A stretch of DNA of 64,000 nucleotides. Origin: Candidatus Omnitrophota bacterium. GTDB lineage: Bacteria > Omnitrophota > Gorgyraeia > 2-01-FULL-45-10. Made by a program: the position numbers and the translations under genes. The stretch is from positions 92,730-156,729 of the forward strand of contig CAIMPC010000007.1 in assembly GCA_903843285.1 (NCBI GenBank), in the 5' to 3' direction. Of the stretch, positions 37,358 through 47,599 are shown piece by piece; positions within the stretch are counted from its first letter, which is position 1; every line of letters starts with the position of its first letter. The notes beneath the pieces were generated by a model. That model had not been told where the DNA came from. It did not search any database and saw only the letters and a program-made list of their open reading frames with translations.

Positions 37358-38788
37358 ATGGATAGAGATAATTATAAAATCCTATTGGTTTCATTTTACA
37401 ATGATGAAGCGTACGGATTAAGACAGCTGCACGCTATCCTGTCTAATCGAGGTTACGATGCGAGAATGTTGTTTGCTAAGAACAGAATCCAGGATTGTTT
37501 TACAGGCCAATTGAATAATGTGACACCTAAAGAAGAATCGCTCTTGGCCGACTTTATTATAAAATTTAAACCAGATGTAATTGGATTCAGCCTGGTATCT
37601 TCCAATTTCTCATTGTATAAAAGAATTTTTAAAAGGATTCGCGCGCTTGGAAACTTTAAGATAATACTTGGTGGCTGGCAAGCAACGCTGAATCCCGAGA
37701 ATAGCTTAGAATACGCGGATATAGTATGCATAGGGGAAGGGGAAGATACTCTCTCCGAGACTATAGAACTGCTATATAGCGCCCAGCCCATCAATAACGT
37801 AAAGAATTTATGCTTTAAAGCTGACGGGAAGATCATAAAAAATCCAGTCCGCCCCCTCGTCCAGGACCTCAGCTTATATCCCGTGCATGTTTTTAATAAT
37901 AGCGTAGCTTACTTTATTGAGAGTGATGAAATCGTTCAGAAGGATCCATATTTTGATAATACTCGCTACGGTACAATGATAGGAAGGGGCTGCCCCTATA
38001 GTTGCACCTATTGCTCTAATTCCTTTATGGCTGAGCATATTTACCCCGGCCATTGGTCCAGGATGCGCTATAGAAGCGTTGACCACGTAATGCTTGAATT
38101 AAGAGGTGCGAAAAAGAATCTGCCAAAGCTAGAGCGTATTAATTTTTACGACGAAGTATTTTTACCAAAGATGGATTGGGCTAAAGAATTTGTCTACAAA
38201 TATAAAGAGGAGATAGCGTTGCCGTTCTATTGTATGTTCTATCCGGGAACATGCAGTGATGATATGGCAAAGTTATTAAAATCATCATTATTGGCCGGAG
38301 TTTGGCTTGGCATTCAATCCGGTTCCGAAAGGGTAAGAAGGGAAGTATTTAAAAGAAACTACTCGAACTCCGTTGTTAGGGAACAGGTTAATATTTTTCA
38401 TAAATACGGCATACCCGTTAAGTATGATTTTATTTTCGATAATCCATTTGAGACGTTTGAGGAATCATTGGAAAGTATTAGCCTGTTATTGGATTTTCCC
38501 GAACCGTTTTCTGTAAATTTATTTTCGCTTAAATATTTTCCAAATACTAAAATAACTGAAATGGCATTAGAGGCTGGTAAGATCAAAGAGAGGGATCTTA
38601 ACGATCGCTTGAACGCAGATCATCACAATATCGTGGTGCAGCATAATAATGACGAAGATAGAGATTTCGTTAATAATTTGACAAAGCATATTTCAGCACT
38701 TGCTGCACAATCAAAAGTAAAAGATGAAAAGGCGAGGATCATAGATACAATCGACAGGTACAGAAATCGAAAGAAGCGTGTTCCATAG
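37358..38788 (+). CDS. cobalamin-binding (class B) radical SAM protein
   Basis: B12-domain-like N-terminus (ILGGWQAT). GRGCPYSCTYC motif. Confidence 0.75.
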   Translation: MDRDNYKILLVSFYNDEAYGLRQLHAILSNRGYDARMLFAKNRIQDCFTGQLNNVTPKEESLLADFIIKFKPDVIGFSLVSSNFSLYKRIFKRIRALGNFKIILGGWQATLNPENSLEYADIVCIGEGEDTLSETIELLYSAQPINNVKNLCFKADGKIIKNPVRPLVQDLSLYPVHVFNNSVAYFIESDEIVQKDPYFDNTRYGTMIGRGCPYSCTYCSNSFMAEHIYPGHWSRMRYRSVDHVMLELRGAKKNLPKLERINFYDEVFLPKMDWAKEFVYKYKEEIALPFYCMFYPGTCSDDMAKLLKSSLLAGVWLGIQSGSERVRREVFKRNYSNSVVREQVNIFHKYGIPVKYDFIFDNPFETFEESLESISLLLDFPEPFSVNLFSLKYFPNTKITEMALEAGKIKERDLNDRLNADHHNIVVQHNNDEDRDFVNNLTKHISALAAQSKVKDEKARIIDTIDRYRNRKKRVP

Positions 38789-38832
38789 ATAATTAAAGAG
38801 ATGCTTTCGCAAAGCACGAAAGGAGAGGTAGT

Positions 38833-39684
38833 ATGGCTGTATTTATCATTGCGGAGATAGGGATTAATCATAACGGAGACTTGGCTATTGCTAAAAAACT
38901 GATAGATGTGGGGGTTTTCGCCGGTTGCGATGCAGTAAAATTCCAGAAACGAACAATAGATAAAGTATACAGCAAAGAGGAGCTCGATCGTCCCAGGGAA
39001 AGCCCGTGGGGGAAGACCAATCGTGACCAGAAAATAGGCCTGGAATTCGGCAGAAAAGGATACGATGAGATCGACAGATACTGCAAAGAGAAGAAGATGC
39101 CATGGTTTGCTTCCGCATGGGATATAGATAGCCAGCTCTTTCTGAGGCAATATGATTTAAAGTATAATAAGGTAGCATCGGCAATGCTTACGCATATAAA
39201 TCTATTAAATATGATAGCTGAGGAAAAGAAATACACTTTTATTTCGACCGGAATGAGCACGCTGGAGCAGATCGATGGAGCGGTAGAGATATTCCGTAAG
39301 GCAGGATGTCCGTTTGAGCTAATGCATTGCAAGTCAACCTATCCCATGGATGACGAGGATGCGAATCTCGCTTCTATAAATACGTTGAGGGAGCGCTATG
39401 GATGCAAAATCGGATATAGCGGGCATGAGGTTGGGTTAGCAGTATCTTACGCAGCCACTGCCCTAGGTATAACATCCCTGGAAAGGCATATAACTCTGGA
39501 TAGGGCGATGTATGGTTCCGATCAAGCGGCCTCTGTGGAGCCTATGGGATTTTACTTATTGGTTGGGGCTGTGCGTAAAATCGAAAAAGCTATTGGTGAT
39601 GGTAAAATTTATGTGCAGCCAAAAGAGGTGCCGATAGCTCTTAAGTTACGCTCGCATATCCCCTGGAGCGATGCTCGCGTCTAA
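38833..39684 (+). CDS. NeuB-family nonulosonate/ulosonate synthase lacking the C-terminal SAF domain
   Basis: VFIIAEIGINHNGD...CDAVKFQKR N-terminus. Only 283 aa, versus 355 aa for the NeuB paralog at 24489, so no antifreeze-like domain. Confidence 0.7.
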   Translation: MAVFIIAEIGINHNGDLAIAKKLIDVGVFAGCDAVKFQKRTIDKVYSKEELDRPRESPWGKTNRDQKIGLEFGRKGYDEIDRYCKEKKMPWFASAWDIDSQLFLRQYDLKYNKVASAMLTHINLLNMIAEEKKYTFISTGMSTLEQIDGAVEIFRKAGCPFELMHCKSTYPMDDEDANLASINTLRERYGCKIGYSGHEVGLAVSYAATALGITSLERHITLDRAMYGSDQAASVEPMGFYLLVGAVRKIEKAIGDGKIYVQPKEVPIALKLRSHIPWSDARV

Positions 39685-39719
39685 TCAGTTATAAGACCTA
39701 TAACAGTCAGGATGACCTT

Positions 39720-40460
39720 ATGGTTTATGGAATTGTGCCGGCCCGGGGCGGGTCCAAGGGTGTACCGGGCAAGAATATAAAGCTATTAGGCGGATATCCG
39801 CTGATCGCTTACTCTATAGCGGCGTCTAAAATGGCTGGGTCCATCTCCAGGACTATAGTTTCAACAGATTCCGCGGAGATCGCAGATATCGCAAAAAAAT
39901 ACGGGGCGGAGGTACCTTTTTTACGGCCGGCGATATTGGCCGGGGATAGATCGCCAGATATTGATTTCATCCTGCATGCGATAAATTGGTTTCAACAGAA
40001 TGAAAAAAAAGTCCCGGAATACTTCGTTCATCTTAGGCCGACGACTCCTTTAAGAGACCCGGCTATAATAGATCGGGCGATCAAAGAGATGAAGAGTAGC
40101 GGTGACGCAACTTCATTGCGCTCCGGTCATCCGGCACCTGAGTCGCCGTTCAAGTGGTTCCTGCGCGATGCGCATGGTTATTTCAAAGGGATTTTGCCTG
40201 AGTACTCCAATGATTTTATCAATTTACCAAGGCAGTCCTTTCCCATCGTATATATTCCCGACGGTTATGTGGACGTATTAAAGACACCCTTTATAATCGG
40301 TTCAAATACCCTTCACGGGGACAAGATGATCGGCTTTATTTCGCCGTTCTGCGTCGAAGTTGATAGTGCTGAAGAGTTCGCGTTTCTGGAACTGGAGATA
40401 CAGAAAGGCTGTAACGCTGTTTACATGTATTTAAAGGCAAATTTTCCAAAGGAGATTTAA
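39720..40460 (+). CDS. acylneuraminate cytidylyltransferase family (second CMP-nonulosonate synthetase)
   Basis: VYGIVPARGGSKGVPGKNI N-terminal signature. Confidence 0.75.
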   Translation: MVYGIVPARGGSKGVPGKNIKLLGGYPLIAYSIAASKMAGSISRTIVSTDSAEIADIAKKYGAEVPFLRPAILAGDRSPDIDFILHAINWFQQNEKKVPEYFVHLRPTTPLRDPAIIDRAIKEMKSSGDATSLRSGHPAPESPFKWFLRDAHGYFKGILPEYSNDFINLPRQSFPIVYIPDGYVDVLKTPFIIGSNTLHGDKMIGFISPFCVEVDSAEEFAFLELEIQKGCNAVYMYLKANFPKEI

Positions 40461-40462
40461 GC

Positions 40463-41848
40463 ATGGCGGGCTGGAATTTCAATGCTGATCCGACTAAAGT
40501 GCCGAAAGTAAATACCAAGTATCGTAAGATCGTCACCAGGCTGCCAGTGCCTGCAAGCGCTAAACTTTTTAAAGAACTGGAGCGGTATGAATCTCGTTCG
40601 ATGCATGGTCAGATGCCGGTAGTCTGGGATAGAGCGGAGGATTTCCAAGTTTATGACGGTTATGGTAACTGCTGGATCGATTTTACTTCGACCATATTTG
40701 TCGCTAATTCCGGCCATTCTAATCGACGCGTAATTAAATATATCAGGGAAACACTGGACAGAAGGCTGATTCATACCTACACTTTTGTAAGCAAGATAAG
40801 AGCGCGTTTTCTGAAGAAGCTGGTCGACATGACACCGTCTTTCTGCGAGAAAGCATTTCTTCTTTCTTCAGGAACGGAAGCTACTGAATGCGCGCTAAAG
40901 CTTATGAAGATGCGCGGACAAACGATTGCCAGATCAAAGACCGGCATTATCTCTTTTCGGGGTTGTATGCATGGAAGGACAATGGCTGTCGAGATGCTTA
41001 AAGGAGATGATAAGTCCTCCGAATGGATAGGGTATAAGGATCCGAATATATTTCATATGCCTTTTCCTTATCCGTGGCTTGCTGATGGTCGAAAAGATGC
41101 CGGGGTTTTCTGGAAAAGCCGTTTTAAGAAAGATATCGCTGATCTAAAAAATAATGGCGTACGGTTCGAAGATATATGCGGCATTATGATCGAATCTTAC
41201 CAGGGTTGGGGGGCTGTCTTCTACCCAAAGGAATATATCCGGGAACTTTTCATCTTTGCCCGAAAATATAATATACTAGTCACCTTCGATGAGATCCAGA
41301 GCGGTATGTGTCGAACGGGAAAACTATTTGCATATCAGCACTACGGCGTCGAGCCGGACTTACTTTGTCTCGGGAAGGGGTTAAGCGGAGGCCTGCCTCT
41401 CTCAGCAGTTATCGGCAGAAAGAGCATCCTAGACCTGCCGGATGTCGGCTCAATGAGCAGTACCCATTCTGCGAATCCGATATGCTGTGCCGCCGGTTTG
41501 GCGAATCTTGAGGAGATAGAGAGACTGGACCTGACCCGGGTATCCGCTAGAAAAGGCGCACTGCTTCATCAGAGACTGAAAAAGCTTAAGGCTAAGTTTC
41601 CCGATAATATAGCTCGTGTAATAGGTAAGGGTATGGTGGCAGCATTAATAGTGACCGATCCGGTCACTCATAAGCCGGATGGGCGCCTGGCCAGCATAAT
41701 TTGCGAAAAAGCCATGCAGAAAGGCCTTCTCCTTGTGCATACCGGCCGAGAGTCCATTAAGATAGGCCCGCCGCTGACAATATCGAATGATGCGCTCCTG
41801 GAAGGCATAAGCGTGCTGGAGGAGTGTTTCGCGGAGATAGAGAGATAA
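40463..41848 (+). CDS. class III PLP-dependent aminotransferase
   Basis: FDEIQSGMCRTGKLFA block carries the PLP lysine region of class III aminotransferases. SSGTEATECALKLM. Confidence 0.75.
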   Translation: MAGWNFNADPTKVPKVNTKYRKIVTRLPVPASAKLFKELERYESRSMHGQMPVVWDRAEDFQVYDGYGNCWIDFTSTIFVANSGHSNRRVIKYIRETLDRRLIHTYTFVSKIRARFLKKLVDMTPSFCEKAFLLSSGTEATECALKLMKMRGQTIARSKTGIISFRGCMHGRTMAVEMLKGDDKSSEWIGYKDPNIFHMPFPYPWLADGRKDAGVFWKSRFKKDIADLKNNGVRFEDICGIMIESYQGWGAVFYPKEYIRELFIFARKYNILVTFDEIQSGMCRTGKLFAYQHYGVEPDLLCLGKGLSGGLPLSAVIGRKSILDLPDVGSMSSTHSANPICCAAGLANLEEIERLDLTRVSARKGALLHQRLKKLKAKFPDNIARVIGKGMVAALIVTDPVTHKPDGRLASIICEKAMQKGLLLVHTGRESIKIGPPLTISNDALLEGISVLEECFAEIER

Positions 41849-41854
41849 AAATAT

Positions 41855-42283
41855 ATGATGAGCGTACGGCATGTTGGGATTGTGGTAAAGGATATGAAGA
41901 AGGCCATCCGTTTTTATGGGGATATTTTAGGCCTGAGGATAGCAACGGACGCTCAGGAGTCCGGAAGATATATCGGTACTGTCCTGGGGATTAATAATTG
42001 CAGCGTAAGGACGGTAAAGATGTCCTGCGGAAGCGGCAGCCTCGTAGAGCTTCTTTGCTATAAGGCAGGTTCATTTAAGGCTAGAAGAAGAGATATCCGT
42101 GCTCCGGGATACTCACATATAGCTTTTACTGTAGACAACATAAATTCCATATACAGGCAGCTCATAAGTAGAGGCATAAAATTTGTTTCCAGTCCCCAGA
42201 TATCTCCGGATGGCAAGGCAAAGGTTGCATTTTGTAGTGACCCCGAAGGTAATTTTATAGAATTAGTAGAGCAGATAAAGTAG
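41855..42283 (+). CDS. VOC (glyoxalase/bleomycin-resistance/dioxygenase) superfamily protein
   Basis: VRHVGIVVKDMKKAIRFYGDILGL N-terminal beta-alpha-beta-beta-beta module typical of the VOC fold. Confidence 0.6.
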   Translation: MMSVRHVGIVVKDMKKAIRFYGDILGLRIATDAQESGRYIGTVLGINNCSVRTVKMSCGSGSLVELLCYKAGSFKARRRDIRAPGYSHIAFTVDNINSIYRQLISRGIKFVSSPQISPDGKAKVAFCSDPEGNFIELVEQIK

Positions 42284-42307
42284 AATATTTTTTAAAGAGG
42301 GAATAGA

Positions 42308-42973
42308 ATGCCGAAATATATTGATACGATTTATAGCGAAAAATTGAGACCATTTACGAAATATCCTTCACAGTTATGCGGATATCTATTTGGCAGGTTC
42401 GGCATGAAGAAGGGTGATAAGGTATTGGAGGTGGGTTGCGGACGGGGAGATTTTCTAAAAGGATTTAAAGAACTAGGGCTGGACGCGTATGGCCTAGATC
42501 GTGAAAAGACCGTATCTGAACAGTTGAACGGGATAGAATTGCAATATCGGGATGTCGAAAAAGAAAAGTTCCCATATGGGGATGGCACGTTCGATGTGGT
42601 TTTTTCCAAGTCGCTGATCGAGCATCTTATCGATCCGGGTAACTTCATGCAGGAGTGCCACAGGGTCCTGAAGCCCGGGGGAAGGATTATAATAATGACT
42701 CCAGACTGGGGAAGTCTCATGAAAATATTCTTCGATGATTATACGCATCGCCAGCCATACACTGTCTGCGCGGTTAAAGACTTGTTGAATATTTTCAATT
42801 TCAAAGACTCCGGATCCGAAATATTTTATCAACTGCCGATTATATGGAAATATCCGGCGCTGAAAACGGTGAGCCGTATTATAAGGTTTTTTGTACCTGT
42901 TACAACAAAATCTAGCATAAAGTTCATTCGCTGGTCTGTAGAGTTGATGATCCTGGGAACGGGAGTAAAATAA
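42308..42973 (+). CDS. class I SAM-dependent methyltransferase
   Basis: VLEVGCGRGDFL motif I. FDVVFSKSLIEHL motif. Confidence 0.65.
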   Translation: MPKYIDTIYSEKLRPFTKYPSQLCGYLFGRFGMKKGDKVLEVGCGRGDFLKGFKELGLDAYGLDREKTVSEQLNGIELQYRDVEKEKFPYGDGTFDVVFSKSLIEHLIDPGNFMQECHRVLKPGGRIIIMTPDWGSLMKIFFDDYTHRQPYTVCAVKDLLNIFNFKDSGSEIFYQLPIIWKYPALKTVSRIIRFFVPVTTKSSIKFIRWSVELMILGTGVK

Positions 42974-42977
42974 TTCG

Positions 42978-43778
42978 ATGAAGTGTTTTAATGGACTCAC
43001 GACAGTTAACATTGAATTGACTTCCAGATGTAACAAAAACTGCTGGATGTGCGGACGAAGAAAGGTAGACCGTGAGCACCCGGAGTTACTCATGAAATAC
43101 GGGGATATGGATCTTGGCCTGGCAAGGTCCATAGCAAAGCAGCTGCCGGAAAGAATAGTCGTCCAGCTTCATAATAACGGCGAGCCATTGCTTTACCCCC
43201 ATTTTAAGAATGCAGCCAGTTTGTTTAAAAAACAGATCAGATGCATGGACACGAACGGTAAGCTGATCGTGGAGAAGGCTGACGAGATAATCGGTAATCT
43301 CGATACTTTGACGGTATCGATATTTGAAAATGATGAGGAATCCGATGAGCAGTACGCTCTTATAAAGAAGTTCCTTAAGTTAAAGGGGGATAGAAATCCG
43401 AATGTTATTATACGTTGCCTTGGAGATGTCAAGCTGGCTAAGTACAAAAAGCTGGGTTGCATCATCGCTACGAGAATACTTCATTCGCCATTGGGGAGCT
43501 TTAATTATGTAAAGAAAGATCCCGCTGTCCCCGAGATAGGCATATGCCTGGATTTTCTCAGTCACATGGTCATAAAAAGGGATGGTAAAGTTTCGACGTG
43601 CGTCAGGTTCGATCCTCTCGGATTAGGAGTCATAGGAGACGCTTCAAAAGAGAAACTCATAGATATATGGAATAGCTCCACTAGGAGAAGATGGTTAGGT
43701 CTTCACATCAAGGGGCAGAGGGATAAGATGCCCTTATGTAGCTACTGCAAGTTTTGGGGCGTGCCGACAGGGCGCTAA
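42978..43778 (+). CDS. radical SAM protein (small, 266 aa)
   Basis: IELTSRCNKNCWMC CxxxCxxC motif. C-terminal CSYC pair. Confidence 0.65.
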   Translation: MKCFNGLTTVNIELTSRCNKNCWMCGRRKVDREHPELLMKYGDMDLGLARSIAKQLPERIVVQLHNNGEPLLYPHFKNAASLFKKQIRCMDTNGKLIVEKADEIIGNLDTLTVSIFENDEESDEQYALIKKFLKLKGDRNPNVIIRCLGDVKLAKYKKLGCIIATRILHSPLGSFNYVKKDPAVPEIGICLDFLSHMVIKRDGKVSTCVRFDPLGLGVIGDASKEKLIDIWNSSTRRRWLGLHIKGQRDKMPLCSYCKFWGVPTGR

Positions 43779-43794
43779 CCCGGAATTACAAACT

Positions 43795-45783
43795 ATGGGA
43801 AGTCGTGATATGGCGGATATTCTAAATATAAATAATAAATCAGTTTGCTGGGTTGAAAAACTGACCGTTCCGGACATTCTCTTTTTTTTGATCCATAGCT
43901 GTTTTGCTGATATAAAGGTAAATTACGACCAGAATCAGGTGCGTCCATCGGCTCGTAAGTTTCTCAGGTTATTAGAAAAATTACGGATAGGTGATTGCTT
44001 TTGCGCCGTAAAACTATCGCTTCATGGAGTTGACCGGGAAGGGTTCGCTTTATTCTATAAGGTCAATAATGATATCGAAGGCTGCATAGAGGATTTTTTT
44101 GCGCGGCATATTTCACGCGAGTCGAAGCGCTTTAAGGATATGCTTAAGTCCTATCTGGCTGGATACATAATAGGCAAATTTACTTTTATCGCTATGGTAG
44201 ATCATGAAATCTACTCAAAAAAACTGCCTGAAGGCCAAGGCAATCTCATACATCTTTCCAGGAGTCCATTCAATCACCTGATTCGTAATTATTATAGTGA
44301 CCGCGAATTTACTGTTAGCATGCCGTTCCTATCGTTAAGCGGTTTAACCTTTTATCTTAGACCTTTCTTTTATTTGGCTGGCGTTTTATTATGCAAAATT
44401 TTCAGTTTCAAAGTACGTAATAATATCACAGACATTAAGCCAGCCGTATGGGTTGAATATAGTCCAGGATATCTTCATTCTTTTTGGGTAGACCATATTA
44501 AATCAGGGGACTTCGATATTGTATATTATATAGACCGCCCTGATACGCCAACAACAAAAGAGATAACGGATGAGATAGAGGGCCGGGGATTGAAATGGGT
44601 TGACGCGCATCCTTTGTCGGTGCTTAAGATGGGCAGACTACGATGGTCAGTTATTATGGAGATGTTCAAAAAACTGTTTCATGTCTATCTTTCTAAGCCT
44701 GTGTGGTTGGGAATATTCCGATATGAGCACTATTATCTATCAGTGGCATATGAAGCGATATTTTCTCGTCACAAGGTGAAGGTGTTATTGCAACACCAGG
44801 AAGCCCTCTGGAAACAGGAATCGCAGGCCCTGGCGATAGAGCGTTCCGGCGGGATCATGGTGGGGTATCACTGGTCTGTTTATGCTTTCTGTCTGGTGCC
44901 TGCACATTTTTTCCCCCAACATGTTTATTTTGTATGGGGTAAATACATGGGTGAATTACTCAGTAAGAAGGGTAGCGCGTGTCGTTACGTGCTGCCATCC
45001 GGAATATGGATCGTCCCAGGTGATAAGGGCCATCAGGCTGGAGATCTTTTTAGCGATAATGTCAATTTTATTATAACCGTTTTTGATGATTCTGTAAGCT
45101 ACAACGTATTCCAATCTCCGGGCTCGTTGGCTGACTTCTATCTAAGGATCCTGAGTATAGCTGAAAACAACCCAAGGTTTGGCTGTATAATAAAAAGCAA
45201 GAATCCGCTCGATCGAGTGCTCATGTCGATTCCCTCAGGGAAAGAGATCAAAAAAAGGGCCGAAGCCCTAAGGATACAAAAGAGGTTGACGATACTTGAT
45301 TCTTCCGTTTCACCGGTTGTCGCGGCGACGCATTCAGACCTATCCGTAGGCTATAGCGTAAATTCAGCGTGTACTATCTCGGCGATAATATGTGGCTCGG
45401 CTGCTATTTGTTGGGATTGCGCAGGGTTTAGGAAGCATCCATTCTATAAGCACTCGGATCAGAAGCTTGTCTTCAGCACTTTGGATGAGCTCGAAGAAGC
45501 TATTTTGAAGTTTAGCAGGGGCGATAAGACTATAGGGGATTACAGCCGATGGAAGAAGTGCATAAATCATTTTGAAGATGTTGCTGGAATTAACCGTATA
45601 GCCGGTTTTTTGACGGACTATATGAAAGAGAACATGTCAACTGGTAAACCTGAGCATTCTCTGGATTTTGCGGTAAAGAAGTACCTGAATGAAAATAAAG
45701 TCGGTGACGATTTTTATGAACATGAAGATATCTGGAATAGTGAGATATTCACGGAATGTCAGGCGGGCATGAATGTTAAATAA
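43795..45783 (+). CDS. hypothetical protein; C-terminal half resembles the GT-B nucleotide-binding half of KpsC/sialyltransferase-like enzymes, with NP in place of HP
   Basis: KSKNPLD... then LSVGYSVNSACTISAIICGSAAICW parallels the HP...GAASGTMIEAASVGIPVIA pattern of the ORF at 52309. Very tentative. Confidence 0.3.
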   Translation: MGSRDMADILNINNKSVCWVEKLTVPDILFFLIHSCFADIKVNYDQNQVRPSARKFLRLLEKLRIGDCFCAVKLSLHGVDREGFALFYKVNNDIEGCIEDFFARHISRESKRFKDMLKSYLAGYIIGKFTFIAMVDHEIYSKKLPEGQGNLIHLSRSPFNHLIRNYYSDREFTVSMPFLSLSGLTFYLRPFFYLAGVLLCKIFSFKVRNNITDIKPAVWVEYSPGYLHSFWVDHIKSGDFDIVYYIDRPDTPTTKEITDEIEGRGLKWVDAHPLSVLKMGRLRWSVIMEMFKKLFHVYLSKPVWLGIFRYEHYYLSVAYEAIFSRHKVKVLLQHQEALWKQESQALAIERSGGIMVGYHWSVYAFCLVPAHFFPQHVYFVWGKYMGELLSKKGSACRYVLPSGIWIVPGDKGHQAGDLFSDNVNFIITVFDDSVSYNVFQSPGSLADFYLRILSIAENNPRFGCIIKSKNPLDRVLMSIPSGKEIKKRAEALRIQKRLTILDSSVSPVVAATHSDLSVGYSVNSACTISAIICGSAAICWDCAGFRKHPFYKHSDQKLVFSTLDELEEAILKFSRGDKTIGDYSRWKKCINHFEDVAGINRIAGFLTDYMKENMSTGKPEHSLDFAVKKYLNENKVGDDFYEHEDIWNSEIFTECQAGMNVK

Positions 45784-47599
45784 GATATCTTTTGTATTAA
45801 CAAGGAATGAAAAAAAAGGCCTGGCGGGTCTGGCTATTGGTTCGGTTCTACTCGCATTATCCGAGACCGTCAGCATAGGACTGATAATCCCTATAACCAG
45901 CCTGTTTATGTCGGATGGCCCGGTGGGGTCGTCCAAAGCGATCGGATGGCTGCAGGGGATTACGGGGCTTCATGACAGAACTGTTTTCCTGACCGTTCTT
46001 ATAGCCGTGACGATGGTGATATTTCTTTTTAAATCCGTCTATTCCGTATTTATGCTCCGCAGTCAATACGACTTCACGAGTGGCATTTACTGTCGTTTGA
46101 CCGGTAAGGTCATGTCCTCATATCTCTATAGCCCATATTCTTTTCATCTCAATAGCAATTCTTCTGTATTATTCAAGAACATGATAGGTGAGGTAGGTCA
46201 ATTCACCTCCGGGTTTCTGTCGCCGGCCATCATCATAGCTTCCGAATCCCTGGTGTTTATCGCCATTCTAACGCTATTAATGTACGTATATCCGGTAATG
46301 ACAATCGCTCTTGCCGCTATGTTATTTATGATGATGCTTTCCTTCAACTTATTTGTTAACCGTAAAATAAAGGATTATTCCAGAGAGAGGGAAACGTATA
46401 GTGAAGCCATATATGTGATGGCGAATGAGGCTCTCAGTGGCATTAAAGAGATCCAGGTTAACAGCGTACAAGACTATTTTATTAAAAGATTTTCGACCGC
46501 TACTAGGAAATACCAGGATAGCTTCACGAAATTCAGTGTTCTTTCCAACTTGCCGCGTTATATCATGGAGAGCGCGGTCTTCTTCATTATGCTGGCGGCA
46601 TTGCTTATCAGCCTTCACCTTCACAGGCCTCCCTCAGAATTGGTGCCTATGTTGACGGTTATGGGAGCGGCGGCTATAAAGCTTCTACCGTCGATCAACA
46701 AGATATATCTGAGCTACAATTCCATTAATTATTTTGCTAATAGCCTGGATGTTGTTTATTCGATCCTTAAGGATGTCGTTTCGCCCCAGACTGAACTCGA
46801 TGCGGGCGAACGCGCGGCTGATGGAGCAAAAGACGGTACTTCAGCATTCAGGCTCGCGGGCGCCGGATTCTCCTATAAAGAGGGTGGACCGTCCGTTCTC
46901 GACGGCTTAGATCTTGATATTCCATTTTTTTCCACTACGGCGATTGTGGGCGCTTCCGGAGCTGGCAAGAGCACCTTAATTGATATATTTACCGGTCTTT
47001 TGACGCCGACACAGGGAACCCTGTACTACAGGGGTACGGTTGTAAATGCGAGAAATCTTCATGAAGTGCGCAAAAAGATAGGGTATGTCCCCCAGAATAT
47101 ATTTCTTATTGATGATACTATCAAGGCGAACATAGCTTTCGGAAAGGCGGAGGAGGCTGTGGACCATAAACTGATCGATCAAGCCGTTCGCCTATCTAAT
47201 CTTGAATCATTTATCGGTGCGTTGCCAAAAGGGATAGACACACCGACAGGTGAAAGAGGTGTAAGGCTTTCCGGTGGCCAGCGACAGCGTATAGGGATAG
47301 CCAGGGCGCTATATCGTAATCCGGAGGTTCTGATACTGGATGAAGCTACGTCCGCTCTTGACGGCAATAGCGAGGCAGAGGTGATGGGAGCCATAAAAAA
47401 AATGAAAGATGCCGGTATGGCAGTCATTCTAGTGGCCCACCGTTTAAGCACGATCTCTAACGCGGATCTTGTATGCATTATGGACCATGGAAAAGTCGGT
47501 GCAAAGGGCAGCTTTAAAGAGCTGCATGACAATTCTGACTTATTCAATAAGATATTACACGAGAAAGACAATATGAATAAAAAGGCATCAGCTCAATGA
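45773..47599 (+). CDS. ABC transporter, fused permease/ATP-binding protein (MsbA-like exporter)
   Basis: Six N-terminal hydrophobic segments. Walker A GASGAGKST, ABC signature LSGGQRQR, Walker B ILILDEATSALD. Confidence 0.8.
   Translation: MLNKISFVLTRNEKKGLAGLAIGSVLLALSETVSIGLIIPITSLFMSDGPVGSSKAIGWLQGITGLHDRTVFLTVLIAVTMVIFLFKSVYSVFMLRSQYDFTSGIYCRLTGKVMSSYLYSPYSFHLNSNSSVLFKNMIGEVGQFTSGFLSPAIIIASESLVFIAILTLLMYVYPVMTIALAAMLFMMMLSFNLFVNRKIKDYSRERETYSEAIYVMANEALSGIKEIQVNSVQDYFIKRFSTATRKYQDSFTKFSVLSNLPRYIMESAVFFIMLAALLISLHLHRPPSELVPMLTVMGAAAIKLLPSINKIYLSYNSINYFANSLDVVYSILKDVVSPQTELDAGERAADGAKDGTSAFRLAGAGFSYKEGGPSVLDGLDLDIPFFSTTAIVGASGAGKSTLIDIFTGLLTPTQGTLYYRGTVVNARNLHEVRKKIGYVPQNIFLIDDTIKANIAFGKAEEAVDHKLIDQAVRLSNLESFIGALPKGIDTPTGERGVRLSGGQRQRIGIARALYRNPEVLILDEATSALDGNSEAEVMGAIKKMKDAGMAVILVAHRLSTISNADLVCIMDHGKVGAKGSFKELHDNSDLFNKILHEKDNMNKKASAQ

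Noticed and set aside
38802-38816. Small hairpin TGCTTT-cgc-AAAGCA immediately upstream of the RBS of the SAF-less NeuB gene
   Set aside because: A 6-bp stem is too weak and common to interpret. No T-run.
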